Shown piece after piece: positions 48,764-58,772 of a stretch of 64,000 nucleotides of DNA. Made by a program: the position numbers and the translations under genes. The notes under the pieces are model-generated. The model saw nothing but the letters and a program-made list of their open reading frames with translations. It was not told the DNA's origin and did no database searches. Each line of letters opens with the position of its first letter. Positions within the stretch are counted from its first letter, which is position 1. This DNA comes from an uncultured Ectothiorhodospiraceae bacterium. GTDB taxonomy: Bacteria; Pseudomonadota; Gammaproteobacteria; UBA9214. The DNA lies in the NCBI GenBank assembly GCA_947258545.1, contig CAMYJI010000004.1, forward strand, positions 6,701 through 70,700, read 5' to 3'.

Positions 48764-49150
48764 GTAGGGCCGAATTTATTCGGCCAATCTTAACTAACAT
48801 ATTGAGAATTTGAGGGCCCACCGGGCAACAGCTTACACCTGTAGGGCTGAATTTATTCGGCCAATCTGAACCGGTCGAATGAATTCGACCCTACAGTTTT
48901 TCCTCGATGCGTGATGGTGCAGCGGGGTGAGGTGCTCGCAATGTAGGGCCGAATTTATTCGGCCAATCTTAACTAACATATTGAGATTTTGAGGACCCAC
49001 CGGGCAAAAGGTTACACCTGTAGGGCCGAATTTATTCGGCCAATCTTAACTAACATATTGAGATTTTGAGGGCCCGACGGGCAAAAGGTTACACTTGTAG
49101 GGCCGAATTTATTCGGCCAATCTCGACCGGTCGAATGAATTCAGCCCTAC
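48764..49150. repeat. GTAG-type REP array with no adjacent transposase, 77-bp tandem units
   Basis: GTAGGGCCGAATTTATTCGGCC-type units at 48764, 48841, 48943, 49020, 49097; inverted GGTCGAATGAATTC..CCCTAC at 48873 and 49129. Confidence 0.92.
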
Positions 49151-49182
49151 AGTGTTTATGGGGCAACAGTGAAAGGACTGTA

Positions 49183-50718
49183 ATGACGGGATTAGCACAC
49201 ATACAGGAACTGACAAGACGGGCGAATTTCCTCTGGAGTTTGCCTGGTATCCTCATGCTGTGTATTGCCGGACTGTTCTCATATGCCTACCTGGATACCT
49301 TCAAGGAACTCTGGTGGTACTGGATCGAGGGCTATAACTGGCAGTTTGTCGTCCCGATTGCCTTTGTCTACATGCTTTGGGACCGAAATGATTTATATGC
49401 CGGATTGCGCATAAAGCCGTGCATTCTTCCGGGTGTCACATTGCTGACAGGCGGTTGTGCCTTGCTGATCGTCGGTCAGCTCAGCAGTACCCACAGCCTG
49501 CGTGAAATATCGATCATCATCAATATCTTTGGTCTCGTTTTCCTGCTGTTCGGCGCCAAATATGTCAGGAACCTGTTTTGGCCGCTGGTCTACCTGGTGC
49601 TGATGACATCCCTGGCCTCCGACCTGCTGGAATATCTCCGCTACCCGCTGAAACTGATCTCTGCAACCGTCTCGGCGGATGCCCTTCAAATGGCTGGCTA
49701 CGCTGTTTATAGAGAAGGGACATTCCTGCAGCTTCCGCATATTACCCTGGAGATCGCGGATTCCTGCAGCGGACTGAATCAGATGATCTCATCGATTGCC
49801 CTGGGGATACCGATCGCCTTCACCATCCTCAACCAGTGGTGGAAACGGCTATTCATCATTTTACTATCCGTAGTGCTTGGTATTGTCATGAACTGGATCC
49901 GGGTCGTTCTCATTTCGATCTGGCACTACGGGTCGGCCAAGGAGGTTGTCCATGGGCCCTATGGCATCTATGAACTGCCCTTCATTTTCCTGATCGGCGT
50001 GTTCATCACCCTGGCCGTGGCAATGGCCATGGCGGGCAAGACAAGTGCAGAAGCCAGAAGTGGCCATGGGGTCGTGTCCGGTACTGCTCCGGGACAGCCT
50101 GTTGACAGGAGTCGTGTAGGTGCATCGGTAATTGCCATCCTGGTCGTGTCGGTCACCGCCATTTACCTGAATACATGGAAGGCAGAGGCCGTCTATTTGC
50201 AGCGCGGGCTCTCCGAGTTTCCCATGGCAATTGCCGGCTTCCAGGGTAGGCACATAAAGGGGCTCGGAAAACCGTTCTACACGGGTCTGGCGCATAATGA
50301 ACTCATTGCCGGCTTTACGAATGAATCCGGGGAGACCGCAAAGGTCTATATCGGTTATTTTCATTCCCAGAACCAGCAGGAGGAGGTGATCGACTACCGC
50401 TACAACTGGCTTCATGACGGTGCGCAGACCGTTGAGTTGCCATCGTCCCCGGCTACACGCTCCATGAAGAGGAACAGCCTGCGGGCTGGCGGCAAGAGCG
50501 CCACCGTATTCTTCTCCTACCATATCAACGGCAGAAATATCATCGATCCCAGGATGGTGAAGCTGGCATCGCTTTCCGATGCACTGCTAAAGCGACGCAA
50601 CAATGGCGCCATTGTCATGGTTATCTTTGACAAGGAAACGCCGGCCCTTTCAGATAGTGAGCAGGCCTTTCTGATGGAAGTAATGGACAAGGCAGGCACC
50701 CGCCTGCCCGGCGGATAG
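49183..50718 (+). CDS. Exosortase with C-terminal EpsI domain
   Basis: Multi-TM; catalytic triad Cys (IADSCSGL), Arg (NWIRV), His (EVVHG); C-terminal FPMAIAGF..VYIGYFHSQ EpsI-like region; start set downstream of the REP array. Confidence 0.88.
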   Translation: MTGLAHIQELTRRANFLWSLPGILMLCIAGLFSYAYLDTFKELWWYWIEGYNWQFVVPIAFVYMLWDRNDLYAGLRIKPCILPGVTLLTGGCALLIVGQLSSTHSLREISIIINIFGLVFLLFGAKYVRNLFWPLVYLVLMTSLASDLLEYLRYPLKLISATVSADALQMAGYAVYREGTFLQLPHITLEIADSCSGLNQMISSIALGIPIAFTILNQWWKRLFIILLSVVLGIVMNWIRVVLISIWHYGSAKEVVHGPYGIYELPFIFLIGVFITLAVAMAMAGKTSAEARSGHGVVSGTAPGQPVDRSRVGASVIAILVVSVTAIYLNTWKAEAVYLQRGLSEFPMAIAGFQGRHIKGLGKPFYTGLAHNELIAGFTNESGETAKVYIGYFHSQNQQEEVIDYRYNWLHDGAQTVELPSSPATRSMKRNSLRAGGKSATVFFSYHINGRNIIDPRMVKLASLSDALLKRRNNGAIVMVIFDKETPALSDSEQAFLMEVMDKAGTRLPGG

Positions 50719-50763
50719 TGCTCCGCTGCTGGAGCTGACATAAGCTTGTTGAAGCCGGCCGAT

Positions 50764-51930
50764 ATGAGTGCCCAAATGAAATCCGGATCGGTCGGGGTTG
50801 AGGCCCCGGGGATCACGCTGAGGCTGTTAAGTGAGGAGGATTTCAGCCAGTACAGGGGACCCTGGAATACGCTGCTGGAGGCGTCCACATCCGAGTCGTT
50901 TTTTCTGAAGTGGGAGTGGATTTACACTTTCTGGGAGACCATCGAAAAAAGGGACGCCATGCTCCTGGTATGGCTTTGCCATGACGGGACCGAACTCGTC
51001 GGTATCGCGCCCCTGTATTTGTATTCCTCAACATTCATGAGGCTGCCGGTCAGGAAGGTGGCCTTCCTCGGCGACCGCGTGGCCAGCGACTACATGGATG
51101 TTTTCACAAAACCCGGCTACGAGGAAATCTGCTGTCATGGTGTGTTACAGAAGATGCGCGAGCAAGGCGCGGTAGCCTATGACTTGCTCGAACTGAACGG
51201 TGTATGTGCCGATTCAAACCTTTATCATTATCTCTCATCCGGAAGTCCTCAGACCAAAGATGTCATGGTCCAACCGAGTTTCGAATGCCCCAGGACCCGG
51301 CTCGATACGTCGTTTGAAGAATACATCTCCAGGCTTGGTGCCGGCACACGTTACGATCTCGGGAGGAAGCAAAGGAGGATCGAGAGGGATCATGATTCGA
51401 TCCATACCGAACATTCAGACCTGGCACAGAGTCCGCAGATGCTGGATGTATTGTTCAGCCTGCACAAGGACCGCTGGGACTCGCTGAGGGGCAAGACCAG
51501 TACCTTTGATACCGCATTCCGGAAGTCGTTCAACGAGCGTTTGCTGCAGCGCCTGGGAGCTGGGGAGGGATTCTTTAGCTGCGTGAGTGTCGATGACAAG
51601 CCGGCCTCCATCCTGTACATCCTCGGCTACAAGGGAAATGCCTTCTTCTACCAGAATGGCTGGGCCCCGGCATTCGCGAACTACAGTATCGGCATATACA
51701 ACATTCAGCAGGCCATACACCATGCCATCGAGGCAGGATACAGGAGTTTTGATTTCCTGCGGGGGGAGGAGGAATACAAATACAGGTTTTGTGAAGGCGC
51801 CAGGCAGGCCTATGCTATTCTTTATTTCAATAAAGGTATCAGCGGCCATGCCTTGAGAAGAATCTTTCTTGCCAGGCAAAAAGTGAAAAAAATCCTCTCC
51901 AAGCGGCAGGTTGTCGGGAACAGGGAATAA
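50764..51930 (+). CDS. GNAT family acetyltransferase (CelD/BcsL-like)
   Basis: FFLKWEW, LVGIAPL, SDYMD, FDFLRGEEEYKYRF. Confidence 0.88.
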   Translation: MSAQMKSGSVGVEAPGITLRLLSEEDFSQYRGPWNTLLEASTSESFFLKWEWIYTFWETIEKRDAMLLVWLCHDGTELVGIAPLYLYSSTFMRLPVRKVAFLGDRVASDYMDVFTKPGYEEICCHGVLQKMREQGAVAYDLLELNGVCADSNLYHYLSSGSPQTKDVMVQPSFECPRTRLDTSFEEYISRLGAGTRYDLGRKQRRIERDHDSIHTEHSDLAQSPQMLDVLFSLHKDRWDSLRGKTSTFDTAFRKSFNERLLQRLGAGEGFFSCVSVDDKPASILYILGYKGNAFFYQNGWAPAFANYSIGIYNIQQAIHHAIEAGYRSFDFLRGEEEYKYRFCEGARQAYAILYFNKGISGHALRRIFLARQKVKKILSKRQVVGNRE

Positions 51931-51932
51931 TA

Positions 51933-54230
51933 GTGAAAAGCACCCTCAAAAAACTGTCTGCAAATGTCCTGGAAAGGACTGGAATGCTGCCTGTTCTGAG
52001 GCGCGTCAGTAACCATAACCTTGCAATACTTTCACTGCATCGGGTTGTGACGGTCGAGGAAAAGGCCAGAAGCCTGAATAAACCGATGATGACAACTGAG
52101 GCGCAATTCAGGTCATTGATCGATATGGTGCGGCGTTATGGGCATCCAATATCCCTCTCCAGCGCTATACAACAGATGCAGGATGGTGCAGGTTTCGAAC
52201 CTGGTACAGTGGTGATAACGTTTGATGACGGTTATTACGATGTCTATCAGAGGGCATTTCCACTGCTAAAGGAATATCAGATTCCAGCGACAATTTTCAC
52301 AACTACAGGGGTGATAGGAGACCGGGAAAACTATCTGTGGTGGGATGAAGTCGACTATTGCCTACAGAATCATAAGGTAATATTTAACGAGATAGGTGAG
52401 GGCCTGTCAGATGAATTGTCTGGTGCAATACGCCTGATTGCCGGGCTGGAAGGGGGCAGATCCGAACGAATTGAATCATCAATCCGTGAGACCTTATACA
52501 GAATTCCTGTAGAAGAACGTAACGAGTTAGTAGCGCGTATTAGAAATGAAATACCTGACATAGGGGCGCGCCCGCAATTGATGCTGTCATGGGACAATGT
52601 CAGAGAGATGTCCGGATTGATTGAGATCGGCAATCATACAGTACATCACCACTTGTTGAATCAACTGGAACCATCAGCGATCGTTACCGAGATCGCAGAT
52701 GCGAAAGCAAAGATCGAGCAGGAGACGGGGTACCCGTGCCCGGGTTTGGCATATCCCTCTGGGGCTTACACAAATAACGTGATTGAGGCCGCCAGGGAGT
52801 GCGGCGTTGAATATGCCGTGACTACGCGGTTTACGAATAATTCACACACCGCAGACCTGATGACGCTGGGCCGTAAGGATGCCGGGTATCTCAGTATTAA
52901 TGACGCGATATATCCCGACTATTTCAAGGTTGCACTGTCCGGCGTGACGGACTGGTACAGGCAGGACTATACATGGACCGGGTCCGGGGATATTCCTCCC
53001 GTAAATAAAAGCAGGTTGAGTCAGTTCGTAAGGGGAGACAGAAAGCCACGGACAACACGGGAAGTGCCGTTGATTGTGCATGTCATCTTCCATCTTGCAG
53101 TCGGAGGGCTTGAGAACGGGCTCGTTAATCTCGTCAACCGGATACCACGTGGTTCCTACCGGCACGCAATTATATGTCTGACGGACTATACGGACTTCAG
53201 GAACAGAATCCGGAACCCCGATGTTGATGTCTATATTTTAAACAAGCGACCCGGCAAGGATTGGCGACTTTACACTAATATCTGGCGTTTGTTTCGTCGC
53301 CTCAGGCCGGACATCGTGCATACACGCAATCTTTCGACCCTGGAGACCCAGCTGCCGGCGCTACTGGCCGGCGTACCGCATCGTGTCCATGGTGAGCATG
53401 GACGAGACATCACTGATATCGACGGCACCAGCAAGAAATACCAGTTGCTGCGCAGAATATACAGGCCGCTGATTCATCAATATATTGCGCTCTCAATGGA
53501 CTTGACCCGCTATCTCGCTAACCGGATCGGTGTACCCAGAGAAAAACTGACCCACATTCTGAATGGCGTGGATACAGACCGGTTCAGGCCGGGAGCTGAG
53601 TTCGCCAGGGAAGTCCTGCCCGAGAACTTTTCCGGTGATAATAAGATCATCATAGGTACGGTAGGCCGTATGGAGGCTGTGAAGGACCAGACCAACCTGG
53701 TTCATGCCTTTATCCACCTGGTTAAGCAGCAACCAGAGAACAAGGAGAATCTGCGCCTGATTATAATTGGTGATGGTGCGCTGCGTTTGCCGGCCATGTC
53801 ACTACTTGAAGAGGCGGGGCTGGATGACATTGCCTGGCTTCCCGGCGAGCGCGAGGATGTGCCGGAGCTGCTTCGGTCGATGGATGTCTTTGTGTTGCCC
53901 TCGCTCGCTGAAGGGATCTCGAACACCATCCTCGAGGCCATGGCCAGCGGCCTCCCTGTGGTTGCGACGGATGTTGGAGGCAATAGTGAACTTGTCGACC
54001 AGGACAAGACCGGTTACCTGGTGCCGCGTGCAGACCCTGTTGCGCTGTCACGAGCCATACAACGTTACACCTCCAGCCCCGGTTTGCGTCGCGAGCACGG
54101 TGAACGGGCGCGCAGGCGCTGCGAGGGCGATTTCAGCATTGAAACCATGGTTCGGAACTATCAGGCCCTTTATGACGGCCTGATGCAGGCGGACAAGAGA
54201 TCAAGCCTGGTGAGTACTTCGCAGTATTGA
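51933..54230 (+). CDS. Fusion of polysaccharide deacetylase and GT4 glycosyltransferase (TIGR03088-like)
   Basis: N-terminal VITFDDGY, IGNHT..H, AYPSG; C-terminal HVIFHLAVGGLENGLVNL, HGEHGRD, EGISNTILEAMA; one uninterrupted 765-aa ORF. Confidence 0.88.
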   Translation: MKSTLKKLSANVLERTGMLPVLRRVSNHNLAILSLHRVVTVEEKARSLNKPMMTTEAQFRSLIDMVRRYGHPISLSSAIQQMQDGAGFEPGTVVITFDDGYYDVYQRAFPLLKEYQIPATIFTTTGVIGDRENYLWWDEVDYCLQNHKVIFNEIGEGLSDELSGAIRLIAGLEGGRSERIESSIRETLYRIPVEERNELVARIRNEIPDIGARPQLMLSWDNVREMSGLIEIGNHTVHHHLLNQLEPSAIVTEIADAKAKIEQETGYPCPGLAYPSGAYTNNVIEAARECGVEYAVTTRFTNNSHTADLMTLGRKDAGYLSINDAIYPDYFKVALSGVTDWYRQDYTWTGSGDIPPVNKSRLSQFVRGDRKPRTTREVPLIVHVIFHLAVGGLENGLVNLVNRIPRGSYRHAIICLTDYTDFRNRIRNPDVDVYILNKRPGKDWRLYTNIWRLFRRLRPDIVHTRNLSTLETQLPALLAGVPHRVHGEHGRDITDIDGTSKKYQLLRRIYRPLIHQYIALSMDLTRYLANRIGVPREKLTHILNGVDTDRFRPGAEFAREVLPENFSGDNKIIIGTVGRMEAVKDQTNLVHAFIHLVKQQPENKENLRLIIIGDGALRLPAMSLLEEAGLDDIAWLPGEREDVPELLRSMDVFVLPSLAEGISNTILEAMASGLPVVATDVGGNSELVDQDKTGYLVPRADPVALSRAIQRYTSSPGLRREHGERARRRCEGDFSIETMVRNYQALYDGLMQADKRSSLVSTSQY

Positions 54231-54386
54231 TCCTGATTCGAATATCACACATAACGTTGAATACAGTCTATGTTTCGCGCACTATGGACAGTTGTCCTAC
54301 AGAACAGAATCATAGATATGACCCGGCCCGGCGAGTCCGCTTTTAGGCCGGTAGGCCTCTGCCAGATCAAATAATAATAAGAACTC

Positions 54387-56279
54387 ATGTGTGGCATAGC
54401 TGGAATATTCGATACCCGCGAACAGCGTCTCATCAACGAAGGATTGCTGGAGCGCATGAACCAGGCGCAGTTCCACCGCGGCCCCGATGATGGCGGAACG
54501 CACGTGGAGCCCGGGGTCGGCCTGGCCCACCGCCGCCTGTCCATTATCGACCTTTCCAACGGCCACCAGCCGCTGTTCAACGAGGACGGTTCGGTGGCGG
54601 TGGTCTACAACGGCGAGATCTACAACTTTCCCGAGCTGACCAGGGAACTCCTTGCAGCCGGGCATCAATTCAGGACCCATTGCGACACCGAGGTCATCGT
54701 CCACGCCTGGGAGGAGTGGGGCGAGGCCTGCGTGGAGCGCTTCCGCGGCATGTTTGCCTTCGCCCTCTGGGACCGCAACCGGCAGACCCTGTTCCTGGCG
54801 CGTGACCGCCTCGGTATCAAACCGCTGCATTACGCCCTGCTGCCTGACGGGCGCCTGCTGTTCGGATCGGAGCTCAAGTCCTTGCTGGTGTGTAATGACT
54901 TGCCCAGGCAGGTTGATCCACGCTCGGTGGAAGACTATTTCGCCCTCGGCTATGTCCCGGAGCCACGGACCATCTTCACCGGGGTCTTCAAGCTGTCACC
55001 CGGCCATACCCTCACCATACGGCGGGGTAATGCCGGACTCAGGCCGCAGCAGTACTGGGACGTGGATTTTTCTCCCAATGGCATCACCGATGAACGGGAG
55101 GCCGGTGAACAACTGATCGAGCGGCTGCAGGAGGCGGTACGGATCCGCCTGATCGCCGATGTGCCGCTGGGGGCCTTCCTCTCCGGCGGGGTGGATTCCA
55201 GCGCCGTGGTGGCCATGATGGCCGGTCTGAACAGCGAACCGGTCAACACCTGCTCCATCTCCTTCGGCGACCCGGCCTACAACGAGAGCGACTTCGCGGC
55301 GAGGGTGGCGGACCGGTACCGCACCAATCACCGGGTCGAGGAGGTCAATCCGGATGATTTTGACCTGATCGACAAGCTCGTCGATATCTATGACGAGCCC
55401 TACGCCGACAGCTCGGCCATGCCGACCTACCGGGTCTGCGAACTCGCCCGCAAGCGGGTGACCGTGGCGCTGTCCGGTGACGGTGGCGACGAAAATCTTG
55501 CCGGCTACCGGCGCTACCGCTGGCACCTGTATGAACAGCGCATGCGCTCCCTCCTGCCGCTGTCGCTGCGACGGCCGCTGTTCGGTACCCTGGGGCGGCT
55601 GTATCCGAAGGCGGACTGGGCGCCCAGGGTGTTTCGGGCCAAGTCGACCTTCGAGGCCCTGGCCCGGGATGATATCGAGGGGTATTTCCACAGTGTCTCG
55701 ATACTGGGCGATACCATACGTGAACAGCTTTTCAGCGGTGACTTCCGGCGGGATCTACAGGGCCACCGGGCGGTCGATGTGTTTCGCGAACATGCCGCAC
55801 GCGCCCCCGAACATCCGCTGTCCCGGGTGCAATACCTCGACCTGAAGACCTACCTGGTGGGCGACATATTGACCAAGGTGGACCGCGCCAGCATGGCCCA
55901 CGGGCTCGAGGTCCGGGTGCCCATCCTGGATCACCAGCTGGTCGAGTGGATGGCCGGCCTGCCGCCGGAGTTCAAGCTGCGCGGCCGGGAGGGCAAGTAC
56001 CTGTTCAAGAAATCCCTGGAGTCGCGCCTGCCGAAAGAGATCCTGTACCGGCCCAAGATGGGCTTTGCCGTGCCGCTGGCCAGCTGGTTTCGCGGCCCGC
56101 TCAGGGAGCGGGTCAGAACGGCGCTGCTAGGCCCCAATATGCAGGACAGCGGCATCTTCGACGCTGGTTTCCTGCAGCAGATTGTCGACCAGCACCAGTC
56201 CGGGCGCAGGAATTTCAGCGACCCCCTCTGGACCCTGATGATGTTCGAGGCCTTCCTGCGCAAGCAGCAGGGTCAGTGA
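54387..56279 (+). CDS. asnB: Asparagine synthase-like amidotransferase, exosortase A system-associated
   Basis: MCGIAG, HRGPD, HRRLSIID, NGEIYN, LSGGVDSS, SGDGGDE, KVDRASMAHGLEVRVP. Confidence 0.93.
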   Translation: MCGIAGIFDTREQRLINEGLLERMNQAQFHRGPDDGGTHVEPGVGLAHRRLSIIDLSNGHQPLFNEDGSVAVVYNGEIYNFPELTRELLAAGHQFRTHCDTEVIVHAWEEWGEACVERFRGMFAFALWDRNRQTLFLARDRLGIKPLHYALLPDGRLLFGSELKSLLVCNDLPRQVDPRSVEDYFALGYVPEPRTIFTGVFKLSPGHTLTIRRGNAGLRPQQYWDVDFSPNGITDEREAGEQLIERLQEAVRIRLIADVPLGAFLSGGVDSSAVVAMMAGLNSEPVNTCSISFGDPAYNESDFAARVADRYRTNHRVEEVNPDDFDLIDKLVDIYDEPYADSSAMPTYRVCELARKRVTVALSGDGGDENLAGYRRYRWHLYEQRMRSLLPLSLRRPLFGTLGRLYPKADWAPRVFRAKSTFEALARDDIEGYFHSVSILGDTIREQLFSGDFRRDLQGHRAVDVFREHAARAPEHPLSRVQYLDLKTYLVGDILTKVDRASMAHGLEVRVPILDHQLVEWMAGLPPEFKLRGREGKYLFKKSLESRLPKEILYRPKMGFAVPLASWFRGPLRERVRTALLGPNMQDSGIFDAGFLQQIVDQHQSGRRNFSDPLWTLMMFEAFLRKQQGQ

Positions 56280-56290
56280 GGTTGGCGACG

Positions 56291-57502
56291 ATGCGCGTGC
56301 TGCACATTCTTGATCATTCCATCCCCCTGCACAGCGGCTATACCTTCCGTACCCGCGCGATCCTCGAGCAGCAACGCGCGCTGGGATGGGAGACGTTCCA
56401 GCTGACCGGCGCCAAGCAGGGCAGGACCGGGGCAGCGGTCGAACAGGTGGGGGATCTGGCGTTTTACCGGACCCGGCCATCCTCGGGGCGCATGGCCCGC
56501 TTGCCTGTCATCAACCAGCTGGCGGTGGTCGCCGGGCTTGAAAGGCGACTGGCCGAGGTGATCCCCGAGGTGAAGCCCGACCTGCTGCATGCCCATTCGC
56601 CGGCCCTGAACGGCCTGGCTGCCCTGCGCGCCGCCAGGCGGTCCGGAATACCGCTCGTGTACGAGGTCCGGGCCTTCTGGGAGGACGCCGCGGCTGACCA
56701 CGGGACCAGCCGGGAGGGCGGGCTGCGCTATCGGTTGACCCGTGCCCTGGAGACCTACGTCCTGAGGCGTGCCAGCGCGGTGACCACCATCTGTGAAGGC
56801 CTGCGCGGCGACATCGTGGCGCGCGGCATCCCCGGGCGCAGGGTCACTGTCATCCCCAATGCCGTCGATATCGAACGCTTCCCGGTGGGCGGGCAGCCGG
56901 ACCCGGCCCGGCAGCAACAGCTCGGCCTTGAGGGCAAAACGGTGCTGGGTTTTATCGGTTCCTTCTATGCCTATGAAGGCCTGGCGCTGCTGCTGCAGGC
57001 CATGCCGGGGATCCTGGAGGCGGCGCCGGAAACGCGCCTGCTGCTGGTCGGCGGCGGGCCGGAAGAACAGCGCCTGAAGCAGATAACCGCTGCATCCGGC
57101 CTTGAGGGCTACGTCATTTTCACCGGTCGCGTCCCCCATGACGAGGTGCAGGACTACTACAACCTGGTTGATGTCCTGGTCTACCCCAGGCTGTCGATGC
57201 GGCTCACGGACCTGGTGACGCCCCTGAAACCGTTGGAGGCCATGGCTCAGGGGCGGCTGGTGCTGGCCTCGAATGTGGGTGGGCACCGCGAACTGATCCG
57301 GGACGGCGACACCGGGCAGTTGTTCCGTGCCGGCAGCACGGAAGACCTGCAACGGGCAGTGCTGGCCATGCTGGGTGACCGGGCCGGCTGGCAGGCACGG
57401 CGCGAGGCCGGCCGCCGGTTCGTGGAGGCGGAGCGCACCTGGGCGGCCAGCGTGTCCGGCTACCGGGCGGTCTACGCCGCCGCGCTCGGCAAGGATAGCT
57501 GA
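56291..57502 (+). CDS. PEP-CTERM/XrtA-associated GT4 glycosyltransferase (TIGR04063-like)
   Basis: MRVLHILDHSIPLHSGYTFRT, YEVRAFWEDA, LVTPLKPLEAMA. Confidence 0.93.
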   Translation: MRVLHILDHSIPLHSGYTFRTRAILEQQRALGWETFQLTGAKQGRTGAAVEQVGDLAFYRTRPSSGRMARLPVINQLAVVAGLERRLAEVIPEVKPDLLHAHSPALNGLAALRAARRSGIPLVYEVRAFWEDAAADHGTSREGGLRYRLTRALETYVLRRASAVTTICEGLRGDIVARGIPGRRVTVIPNAVDIERFPVGGQPDPARQQQLGLEGKTVLGFIGSFYAYEGLALLLQAMPGILEAAPETRLLLVGGGPEEQRLKQITAASGLEGYVIFTGRVPHDEVQDYYNLVDVLVYPRLSMRLTDLVTPLKPLEAMAQGRLVLASNVGGHRELIRDGDTGQLFRAGSTEDLQRAVLAMLGDRAGWQARREAGRRFVEAERTWAASVSGYRAVYAAALGKDS

Positions 57503-57503
57503 C

Positions 57504-58622
57504 ATGCCAGCGCTGCGCATCGGTCTGATCGGTCCCCTGCCGCCGCCTCCCGGAGGAATGGCGAACCAGACCCGGCAACTGGCCAGACTCCTGAGCGAGG
57601 AGGGGCTGCATGTCGAACTGTTGCAGACGAACCGACCCTACCGGCCCTCCTGGATAACACACCTGCGCGGGATCAGGGCGCTGTTTCGCCTGTTCCCCTA
57701 CCTCAGAGAACTCTGGAAAACTGCCGGGCGGGTTGACCTGTTCCACGTAATGGCCAACTCGGGCTGGTCCTGGCACCTGTTTGCAGCCCCCGCCATCTGG
57801 ATTGGCTGGTTGCGTGGTGTCCCTGTCGTCCTGAATTACCGGGGCGGGGAAGCCGAGGCATTTTTCCGGAAATCCTTCCGCTGGGTGCGGCCGAGTCTCA
57901 AGCGGGTTGCCGCAGTCGTTGTGCCCTCCGGCTTCCTTGCCGAAGTCTTCCGCAGGCGCGGCATCGACGTCCATACGGTGAAGAATATCATCGATCTACA
58001 GCGCTTCGACTCCGCTGGCACACGCGCACAACATCAACAGGACTGTCCGCATTTGCTGGTTACCCGCAACCTGGAGCCCATCTATGATATCGGCACCGCA
58101 CTGCGCGCATTCCGGCGTGTACAGGAGGTCTTTCCCGAGGCACGAATGACGGTGTGCGGATCCGGTCCCGAAAGGGAAAACCTGGTGACACAGGCCGAAG
58201 AACTCGGGATCGGTAGTGCGGTGACATTTACCGGTCGTCTTGATAATGACAGGGTGGCCGAGCTCTACCGGTCCGCTGATGCCATGATCAACCCGAGCCT
58301 GGCTGATAATATGCCTATATCCATCCTCGAGGCACTGGCCTGTGGTGTCCCGGTGGTGAGTACAGACGTTGGCGGCGTGCCCTATCTGGTAACCCATAAT
58401 AAGACGGCCCTGCTGGTCTCGCCCGGTGACGATCTGGCCATGGCACAGGCAGTGATATCACTCCTCAGGGATCCGGCTCTGGGCGAGCGGTTGGTAAAGG
58501 CCGGACAGGACGAGATTGATGCCTACACATGGCCCAGGGTGCGGGGGCAGCTGCTGGCTGTTTATGACGCTGTGTTGGCGAGCACAGTGAATGGCAACCC
58601 CGAGCAGCAGGATGCAAATTGA
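57504..58622 (+). CDS. GT4 family glycosyltransferase
   Basis: GPLPPPPGGMANQ, MANSGWSW, TRNLEPIYD, DNMPISILEALA. Confidence 0.92.
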   Translation: MPALRIGLIGPLPPPPGGMANQTRQLARLLSEEGLHVELLQTNRPYRPSWITHLRGIRALFRLFPYLRELWKTAGRVDLFHVMANSGWSWHLFAAPAIWIGWLRGVPVVLNYRGGEAEAFFRKSFRWVRPSLKRVAAVVVPSGFLAEVFRRRGIDVHTVKNIIDLQRFDSAGTRAQHQQDCPHLLVTRNLEPIYDIGTALRAFRRVQEVFPEARMTVCGSGPERENLVTQAEELGIGSAVTFTGRLDNDRVAELYRSADAMINPSLADNMPISILEALACGVPVVSTDVGGVPYLVTHNKTALLVSPGDDLAMAQAVISLLRDPALGERLVKAGQDEIDAYTWPRVRGQLLAVYDAVLASTVNGNPEQQDAN

Positions 58623-58673
58623 CAACCTCAAGGAACGCTTCCCATTGTCCGCTGGGCAGGTGACCGGACTGAC

Positions 58674-58772
58674 ATGATGCCTCCCGTCCTTGCCCGGCGC
58701 CTGGTCTACCCGCTGCACGAGCGCCTCTCGAAGCGGCCGGCCTTTGCCTATCCGGTGGACGGGCTGAAATGA
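58674..58772 (+). pseudogene. 32-codon diverged duplicate of the 5' end of the downstream CapK-like gene
   Basis: MMPPVLARRLVYPLHERLSKRPAFAYPVDGLK* versus MIQPVLARRLVYPLHERLLKRPTFAYL; its stop overlaps the next start (ATGA). Confidence 0.7.

Noticed and set aside
48764-49150. Possible CRISPR array (regularly spaced palindromic repeats)
   Set aside because: Linkers are near-identical rather than unique, repeats occur in both orientations, no cas genes are present, and the repeat matches the RAYT-flanking REP.
49066-49182. N-terminal extensions of the exosortase ORF and of the RAYT ORF (60397-60537)
   Set aside because: They are translations of REP DNA (CRAEFIRP); ATG starts with RBS-like sequences lie downstream.
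55946-56290. N-terminal extension of the TIGR04063-like GT, and 57327-57503 of the next GT
   Set aside because: They overlap the upstream genes; the family-typical starts are at 56291 and 57504.
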